Source: Acidimicrobiaceae bacterium
GTDB lineage: Bacteria > Actinomycetota > Acidimicrobiia > Acidimicrobiales > UBA8592
Reading direction: 5' to 3'
DNA: 44,661 nt
Assembly: GCA_002724825.1 (NCBI GenBank)
Contig: PBPU01000032.1
Span: 12,319-56,979 of the forward strand
Positions 38,901 to 44,661 of the stretch are shown here, one piece after another. Each line of letters opens with the position of its first letter. Position 1 is the stretch's first letter. The notes beneath the pieces were generated by a model that worked only from the letters and a program-made list of their open reading frames with translations, had not been told where the DNA came from and did not search any database. Position numbers and translations under genes: made by a program.

Positions 38901-40653
38901 TGACTGGTGGGCCCCTAGCCGCGTCAACTCAGGAACTTTCGATATTACCGAATTCCCGTATTTCACCTTCCTCTTTGGGGATCTCCACCCACATATGATG
39001 GGGATGGTAGTAGGTGGCCTGTTGCTTTCCCTATCGTTTGCATATCTCAGTTCGTGCAAGCACGGGTCACAGAGAAACGCCCTCATCCTAGCAATCGGTG
39101 TTGGGCTGCTATCTGGGATTGCCAGAATGACAAACACTTGGGATTATCCAACGTCGCTTCTTATATTACTCGTCACTTTCTTTCTCGGATCTGCGGTACG
39201 TTCAGATGATTCGGCTGATGAAGGTGGAAGAAGCAAGGCTCTCCTATTGGGGATAGCCGGAATGGCTATACTCACCAGTGCGGTAACCTCAAATGGGAAT
39301 ACCCTTGCGTACATTCTTGGTGTTGCAGGCCTTCTAGGAGCTACTTCTACATTTTGTAGGCCCGTTATACGACATCGAATCCTTCAATTCGTTTGCCATT
39401 TATCTGTAGCAGCTCTTGCACATACTGTATTGCTCTGGCCGTATCTTCGTGACACTCAAAACTTCAATGTTGGCATACATCGCGCTCAGTGGACTTCGCC
39501 GCTCGATGACTTCTTATCCCATTGGGGGGTTTTTCTTGGAATAGCTTTCGTTTTCTTTGGTGTAACTTCTGCAAAACAGCGAAAAGAGCACAAAAAGTTC
39601 AACGTTACTGTTCATACCCTTCCGGATATTTTCCGGCGAAATAGATTGATGGAGTTATCGATACCGATTTTTTGTATCGGTGTGATAGTCCTGTGTGTTC
39701 TAGAGGTAAGTACAGTTTTCGCAATTACGGTCTTCGGCGTTTGCTACTCTCTCATTCTCGCAGAGTGCGAATGCAGAAGAACAGAGCTTAATGTCGGAAA
39801 ACTCTTCGCCATAATCATGTTCTTATTCGGATTTGCTGTTATTGGTGGACCTGAGATCATCACCATCAACAATGATGTTGCACGCATGAACACTGTATTC
39901 AAATTCTGGTTACAGGGCTGGCTTTTTTTCGCACTTGGCTCTGCTTTTGCAATGTTTCATATTTGGGACTTTATCAAAGAAGTTCAGACCTCTAAGAAGA
40001 AAAAGCCATCAGTCTTTCGTGCTTCTCCTAGAGTGATATGGAGATTTTTTGTTCTAGTAACAGTACTGATTGGCATTACTTATCCCTTGTTGGCTACGAA
40101 ACCGCGACTTTCGACTAGATTTACTTCCGAGTACAAGGGCCTAAATGGTGTCGCATATCTAGATTATGATCCATCCATAATTAGAAGAGACCAAGGGCCA
40201 GAAAACGCTGCAACGGTGATAAGGATCGCTGAGGATCTCCCCTTGATCCAATGGGTAAGGTCGAATGTCAGTGGAAGCCCCACGATCGTCGAGTGGACTG
40301 GTGATAGCTACGATTGGAATACCCGCATCGCAATACATACGGGACTACCTACCGTTCTGGGATGGTCGTCCCACCAGTACCAGCAACGTCAGGAGTACGC
40401 CGACTGGATCTTTCAAAGGCGAATGGATATTCAGAACTTCTATACAGAAGGGACCCGAGAAACTATTTCAGAATTTCTTCTTACTTACGAGGTCAAATAC
40501 GTGATCGTAGGGGTTCAGGAATATCGTTTCGGAAATCCAGATGTTTTGGCTTCATTTGGAGATCACCCTGCTTTAGTGAAAGTATTCGAAAACGGAAAAA
40601 ATGCTATCTATAACGTTGACGAGGATGCACTTTGGACCTCAGTAAATTCATAG
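35980..40653 (+). CDS. 1557-aa membrane protein: N-terminal PMT-like GT-C glycosyltransferase fused to a DUF2298 (Chlor_Arch_YYY/TIGR03662-like) region
   Basis: N-half has HQHPDERY, VYGTFP, GRLLSA, SHFY and RYLLP. C-half has GGEKPME, PPYDPWFSGG.MNYYYFG, ITEFP.FTFLFGDLHPH, NTWDYP, RMNTVFKF and TGLPTVLGW. Confidence 0.82.
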   Translation: MVSINFDLNKHFKLIRRLSLVALLMIGFTLRAWNINWDEGTHQHPDERYWSMVTEDISWPGSGNYFDSANSTLNPYNHRSTWVYGTFPLFITKATANYLEKDALIPNALVDAADKLGIGLKETSGTNLTSKAFDSGYNANLIGRLLSAIMDTGTILIVYLLGRELFNRKVGFLSALLQAFTTLHIQYSHFYGAETWVTFFAAVTVLLSVKLFKTIRLANDQSKLFNRSVLQLALLIGVAFSLTVASKFSGLAVGIVPTVAIFLSLVNKGKSKEAPKAAREAAKFLGLAISIFVVAFLCFRLFHPYAFSGFITFDERFLSDIGYLRSVNSGADVPWVIQWVGITPLWFPLKSIFWHGMGPALAIAVVIGLWFTVSEIIRKRNYVLMIPLSFVIVMIGLVSQQFNPLIRYLLPVYPTAAIFGGFGIYRLWHWGKKQKIVSGSKGALYRFSQGVSVILVGGTLFWGCAFVNGIYNDTHPRISASEWINENVASGSTVTHQIWDDRLPLSIPAVTPVQLNFVDLNLFRSDRSTDQESGKSKLVTLVDQLETTDYIIEASNRLYSSIPRIPAEYPGTTSYYRALFSGELGFELVADFRNSPSLFGLEISDANGEETFTVYDHPRVTIWEKTDGWSRSEALKILNPFRSIHAPNLEPRSANSNALLLRPSESSSLHSNSTFDTSFSRGSYLEVPNWVWWLIWLQVAAFAVLPWSTLLFSQLADAGYGLTKAIGFILSGALLWVFVAWDVVEFNQTTALASVAATFSLGVAWWWVHRDRLRQLFFEHRSVWLISEIVFLLIFAFLLILRSFNPDLWDSYLGGEKPMELGYLTAIGRSAELPPYDPWFSGGAMNYYYFGWFLVAVPMRALKILPEVAFQFGVATFGALVGVTIFSLLYNLVRSSGTSKQRLLPSKATALKAGVLGVFLFMGSGTFDALRVHAKRLRSANTWEFMDGWPILGAFFEVIGGSWAWITGTTLTRFDWWAPSRVNSGTFDITEFPYFTFLFGDLHPHMMGMVVGGLLLSLSFAYLSSCKHGSQRNALILAIGVGLLSGIARMTNTWDYPTSLLILLVTFFLGSAVRSDDSADEGGRSKALLLGIAGMAILTSAVTSNGNTLAYILGVAGLLGATSTFCRPVIRHRILQFVCHLSVAALAHTVLLWPYLRDTQNFNVGIHRAQWTSPLDDFLSHWGVFLGIAFVFFGVTSAKQRKEHKKFNVTVHTLPDIFRRNRLMELSIPIFCIGVIVLCVLEVSTVFAITVFGVCYSLILAECECRRTELNVGKLFAIIMFLFGFAVIGGPEIITINNDVARMNTVFKFWLQGWLFFALGSAFAMFHIWDFIKEVQTSKKKKPSVFRASPRVIWRFFVLVTVLIGITYPLLATKPRLSTRFTSEYKGLNGVAYLDYDPSIIRRDQGPENAATVIRIAEDLPLIQWVRSNVSGSPTIVEWTGDSYDWNTRIAIHTGLPTVLGWSSHQYQQRQEYADWIFQRRMDIQNFYTEGTRETISEFLLTYEVKYVIVGVQEYRFGNPDVLASFGDHPALVKVFENGKNAIYNVDEDALWTSVNS

Positions 40654-40659
40654 TTCCAA

Positions 40660-42801
40660 CTATCTATTCGATTGGAGAAAGTTGGTTACATTCTTGCATG
40701 ATTTATCATATTTCGGTTTATCACCGAGACTGGGGAATGGCGAGTTATAGTAAGTTTCTGCCAATGTAAAGATCTCTTCTCTTATATACACGGAACCGCT
40801 AAGCGAAGCAGGGCATCGGCCACTACCACTGTCCCAAGGCTCGCGACTCCAAACCCAATCAGCCCATGTGATGATTAGATCTCCGAACTGGCTTAGGTTG
40901 GTGATCCCAGTATCAAATTCAGGCACCCACCACCAACGATGCTCATAAGGAATTTCAACATAGGCGCCATCTTCATCTCCTAGATCTATCCGGTCCCAAT
41001 GGGGAACGAAAATTATGTCCGCGCCAGAGGGAAAATTTTCTTTTCTTATAACTGCATATGAGGACGAATGAAAGTCACGAAGATACCATCCGTATGGCCA
41101 ATAGACGTCACTGTCAATCTTCACTTCCAAATGCTCACCAAAGTGAGCGAGAGAAATCCGGTCAAGTGTTTCGAGCTGGTCAGCCCATTCAACAACTTCG
41201 GGAGTCGCCTGGCCGGCCTGGACAAACAACTCCTGAGGTTCTCCTCCTCGCAAATAAGAACTATAGACACTGGTCACGATGGCGTACCCGAATCCTAAAA
41301 CGAGCAGTACGCCAAAACAGACTGAGGCCCTCCTACTTTTTATTCCATCCCAGATCGACTGGGCTCCTATACCAGCAAGAATTACGATGGGTAAAAGAAG
41401 GTGAACGAGTAACCACGGCATCCGCTCCCCTGCCCAAGAGTAAACAATCAGGCTTGCACATGCCCACCATGCGATAATTTGACCAAATAAATTGGGTTTA
41501 CGAAGTACGGAGATCAAACCAACAAAAGCTAAACCGAGCGCTATCCATTCGTAGGCTAACAAAAGCACCAAATAGTACTGCCATCGGGAGTCGCCCCTCA
41601 CGGTCGCTTGTTCACCTAGCCAATATTCGAAACCAGATACTAAACCATTTCGAATTGCTCCATAGGGTGCTGTCGCCACACCGGGACCGTCGAATTGCTG
41701 AAAGAATTGGGTAAATAAGGCTGTAAAAACTATCGCCGCTACAGTCACAGCAAAAATCCAACCACCAAGCCTAGGAACCATCAAAGCTCGGAAAGCTGGA
41801 ACCTGAGAGAGCGCAGTCTTGTGGCGAGCTGCCACAAAACCGCATACAAGAGCAATAAAAGCTAGGACTGCCCCATAAATTCCTAACTTGAAAATTGTAG
41901 GGCTACCTTCTTGTTCCCCAGGGTTTGTTCCAATCCAAAGAAATATTGCAATCATGAAACCAACCCCAAAAAGAAAGAACCATCGACGAATTACTTCTTC
42001 AGCAACAAATTGGCCGTTGCTATTCTGAGAGACTCGAGAATGTACGGATATCGACCTTCGACCAATCCCTTCTATCCGCACCTCGCGTTTTAGTTCCTTG
42101 TATCTCGGCTTACCTATCGGCGAGCCTTTCATTCTGTGAAAGGATGCGGTAAGGAGATCCTGAGCTATAAGAACAATTCCGAATGAACCAAAGATAAAAA
42201 CTGTAAGAAAAACTGATTCCTTTACCGCCAAACTCAATACAAGTAAACTCAGAAGTGCAATAGGGTGCCACCTTCGTGGGCTACGAAGAAAAGAAATTAA
42301 CGTTATTACAGTCAAAAACGTTAAAGCGAGAAAGAAACTATCTTCTCTTCCAAATCTTGAAAAATACAGCATCGTTGGGCTTGTAAGCAGCAAAGCTACT
42401 GAAATAGGGGTTCCTACGAATCCAAGGCTCCTTCGCCAAACCCATGGAAGAAGAACAACCGCTATACCCGAAATAGCTGGAAGTAGGCGGGCGATGCTAT
42501 CAGATTGACCGAAAAGCCAGAAGAAAGCAGCTGTTAGATAAAAGCGTAGCGGCCCATGATACACAGGGTCGTATCCTTTATACGTTCCATCCAAGTACTG
42601 GAGCGAAAACCATGCGTCAAGACTCTCATCATGATGAAAAGCTCGCAGGCCTAGATATGACAACCTACTGAACACTGCTAGGAGGAATAGAAGTCCGATT
42701 ATGTGACGGGCTCTCTTCCATGCACTGTGCGAGACATTCTCTCCAGCGGATTTTGGATTGATACTCCTTCTGAAGGACTCTTTGATTTTCGAACTAACCA
42801 T
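40660..42801 (-). CDS. TIGR03663-like (Agl23-like) GT-C membrane protein
   Basis: R.FHHDES, YDPVYHGP, D..ARL..A, SP...YFSRFGRED, KE, E.MPWL..H and WPYGWYLR; many TM segments. Confidence 0.8.
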   Translation of the reverse strand: MVSSKIKESFRRSINPKSAGENVSHSAWKRARHIIGLLFLLAVFSRLSYLGLRAFHHDESLDAWFSLQYLDGTYKGYDPVYHGPLRFYLTAAFFWLFGQSDSIARLLPAISGIAVVLLPWVWRRSLGFVGTPISVALLLTSPTMLYFSRFGREDSFFLALTFLTVITLISFLRSPRRWHPIALLSLLVLSLAVKESVFLTVFIFGSFGIVLIAQDLLTASFHRMKGSPIGKPRYKELKREVRIEGIGRRSISVHSRVSQNSNGQFVAEEVIRRWFFLFGVGFMIAIFLWIGTNPGEQEGSPTIFKLGIYGAVLAFIALVCGFVAARHKTALSQVPAFRALMVPRLGGWIFAVTVAAIVFTALFTQFFQQFDGPGVATAPYGAIRNGLVSGFEYWLGEQATVRGDSRWQYYLVLLLAYEWIALGLAFVGLISVLRKPNLFGQIIAWWACASLIVYSWAGERMPWLLVHLLLPIVILAGIGAQSIWDGIKSRRASVCFGVLLVLGFGYAIVTSVYSSYLRGGEPQELFVQAGQATPEVVEWADQLETLDRISLAHFGEHLEVKIDSDVYWPYGWYLRDFHSSSYAVIRKENFPSGADIIFVPHWDRIDLGDEDGAYVEIPYEHRWWWVPEFDTGITNLSQFGDLIITWADWVWSREPWDSGSGRCPASLSGSVYIREEIFTLAETYYNSPFPSLGDKPKYDKSCKNVTNFLQSNR

Positions 42802-44653
42802 TTTCGCCCCGCGTTTCGTAAATCCAATATCCCCCGGTGCTATAAACTAACGCACCAAAATAGTTAAAATAGGAGTCATCAATATCTTGGGTTCGACCAC
42901 CTTCAGAAATAAACATAGATTTTTCGTATGGTCCAACAACAATGTAGTCGATATCGTAGCGACGGATAATTGCATCGGCTTCACTTGGGTTTGCATAAAG
43001 GTTCTTTAGATCTTTATCTCGCGTGTACCAGTCAACGCCTAGATCATTTAGCCTCCCTGGAGAGCCTGAAACAACCGTACGTCCTGCTAATGCCCGCACA
43101 GGATGAACATTGGTATTCGCGCTAGCAAACACGGCGTCCTGATTAGTATTGTCTCTGACCCATTCTCCAACCAAAACATCCTCTCCAGAAAGATAATTAG
43201 CTGGGTAAGGACCAGAGCTGCCTTCAAAGGCTCGCCATATGTCTAAAGTTCCTGACGAAGCCAATGAGAAGATTAGTAATACGGCTAAAATTTTTGTTGC
43301 GCTCGAATGAAAAAATAAACGGCTCAACACCTCCCCGACTAATGGCGATGCTAAGAGAAGAAAGAAAACAACATATTTGGCATTATTTCCAGGCCAGAAG
43401 TGCCAAATAGCTATATTCGGGATAATGAGAAGCACATAAATAGGGAGGAATCTGTAGCCGAACTTCTTAATAGTAATTAACGTTCCCGCAAGCGCTAATG
43501 GGATGAACAGGCCAGTATTTAAAAACCAGAAAGACAAAAAATCAAACGGAGTTCGTTCCCATGATGATTTCCCCAACATCCAAAACGAATGCCAATCTGA
43601 ACCATCTCGTTCGGGAAGCTGCCACAGAAGAATGGGTATACCTAAAGAAAGACTAGGGAGTAAAAAAAATAACCAAGATCTACTTCTATATATAAAAGCC
43701 CAACATCCTCCCATAAGAAGGACAGCCCCAAAAGCAAAAACATGAAAAACTGGAAGAACACCTACGAAAATACCTGCAAATAGATACGGCTTAACGTTGT
43801 GCCGGTCTCTGTTCATCCACAAAAGAAAAATTACAATTAAGGTTGATGAGAAGCCAATAAGCGTTGGTCGTTGAGGGTACAAAAATCCGGTGACTGGATT
43901 ATCTACCCAGTTTCTATCAAAGCCATCGAATGAGTAACTCCTAGGTAAATCTGCCAGAATCGAAATCCCCCGCTCAGGAAGGTCTTCAATAAAGAAGCGG
44001 TAGAGAGCACCTGTTCCCCCTGCTGTAAGAAACACGCCTACAGATACGCCAGCAGCTACCCTATTGGAACAAAGCTTCTCGCACACTATGAACATCACAG
44101 CGGGAAAAGCTATTGCTAAAACAGCAGTGGAAACCTCTAGCGAACCCATCAAGCTCAAACCGAGAGGAACAAACATTGCCGAGAACCAATCTACGCCAAA
44201 ATGGTATGCAAAACTTTCTCCAGCTGCAGTTGGAAGATCCAGTGAGAAATTGTCTGAATAAGCAAAGGAGGCAACGTACGACAGGTGTGCCGACCAATCT
44301 CCATACACGGAAAGATGGCCAGCTGATATTCCACCATCCAACGTTTTACCAAATGCATTTTGGAGAATACGGATTGCCATCACTGCACTGACTAACAGAA
44401 TTCCAATAAGCGGCTTAGGGCTATCCTTATCTTTCCAGGAGTGTGTTGTCCTGTGCCGAAAGCTAGTTAGTTCTAGCTTGATTGTCTTTCTATTGAAAAA
44501 AACCAGTGGCGAAACCATAACGGCACATAAGGAAAAGGTGATTAAAACCATTAGGCCAGTTGCTCTCATCAGCGACGCAACAGCGAAACCTACAATTGAG
44601 ATTACTACTGAGCCGATCACCACCCCGAAACACACTCTCTCTTCAAGCCGCAA
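42794..44653 (-). CDS. Putative GT-C membrane glycosyltransferase with STT3/AglB-like C-terminal soluble domain; the start may lie beyond the window
   Basis: YGDWSAH, YHF, PQR, H.F; polytopic; C-terminal EWVRDNT..DAVF...ALAGR..V.G...Y.IDYIVVGP.E. The frame stays open to the window edge. Confidence 0.6.
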   Translation of the reverse strand: MRLEERVCFGVVIGSVVISIVGFAVASLMRATGLMVLITFSLCAVMVSPLVFFNRKTIKLELTSFRHRTTHSWKDKDSPKPLIGILLVSAVMAIRILQNAFGKTLDGGISAGHLSVYGDWSAHLSYVASFAYSDNFSLDLPTAAGESFAYHFGVDWFSAMFVPLGLSLMGSLEVSTAVLAIAFPAVMFIVCEKLCSNRVAAGVSVGVFLTAGGTGALYRFFIEDLPERGISILADLPRSYSFDGFDRNWVDNPVTGFLYPQRPTLIGFSSTLIVIFLLWMNRDRHNVKPYLFAGIFVGVLPVFHVFAFGAVLLMGGCWAFIYRSRSWLFFLLPSLSLGIPILLWQLPERDGSDWHSFWMLGKSSWERTPFDFLSFWFLNTGLFIPLALAGTLITIKKFGYRFLPIYVLLIIPNIAIWHFWPGNNAKYVVFFLLLASPLVGEVLSRLFFHSSATKILAVLLIFSLASSGTLDIWRAFEGSSGPYPANYLSGEDVLVGEWVRDNTNQDAVFASANTNVHPVRALAGRTVVSGSPGRLNDLGVDWYTRDKDLKNLYANPSEADAIIRRYDIDYIVVGPYEKSMFISEGGRTQDIDDSYFNYFGALVYSTGGYWIYETRGENG

Positions 44654-44661
44654 ATCGATAC

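Overview
Gene-dense, roughly mid-40s %GC (estimated by eye) chromosomal segment. It looks actinobacterial, most like a low-GC Acidimicrobiia-type genome; this is inferred from the actinobacterial-type SerC and DapD, the FadA6/IpdE1-like genes, the moeA...GlpR-like...tRNA-Ala(CGC) synteny and widespread leaderless TANNNT promoters. It holds about 37 CDS and one tRNA-Ala(CGC). Core functions are serA, serC, an aspartate aminotransferase, dapD, rsgA, moeA-moaA-moaC, plsY, uppP, tldD/pmbA, dxs and nfuA. There is an acyl-CoA catabolic block (class III CoA-transferase, a small conserved protein, acyl-CoA ligase, crotonase, FadA6-like thiolase, IpdE1-like dehydrogenase). The right end carries three large GT-C-type membrane glycosyltransferase genes (PMT-like + DUF2298/Chlor_Arch_YYY fusion, TIGR03663-like, and a third GT-C-like gene), which is the best candidate for an uncharacterised system. 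No mobile element, CRISPR array or rRNA was seen. All family calls come from motif recognition, not database searches.
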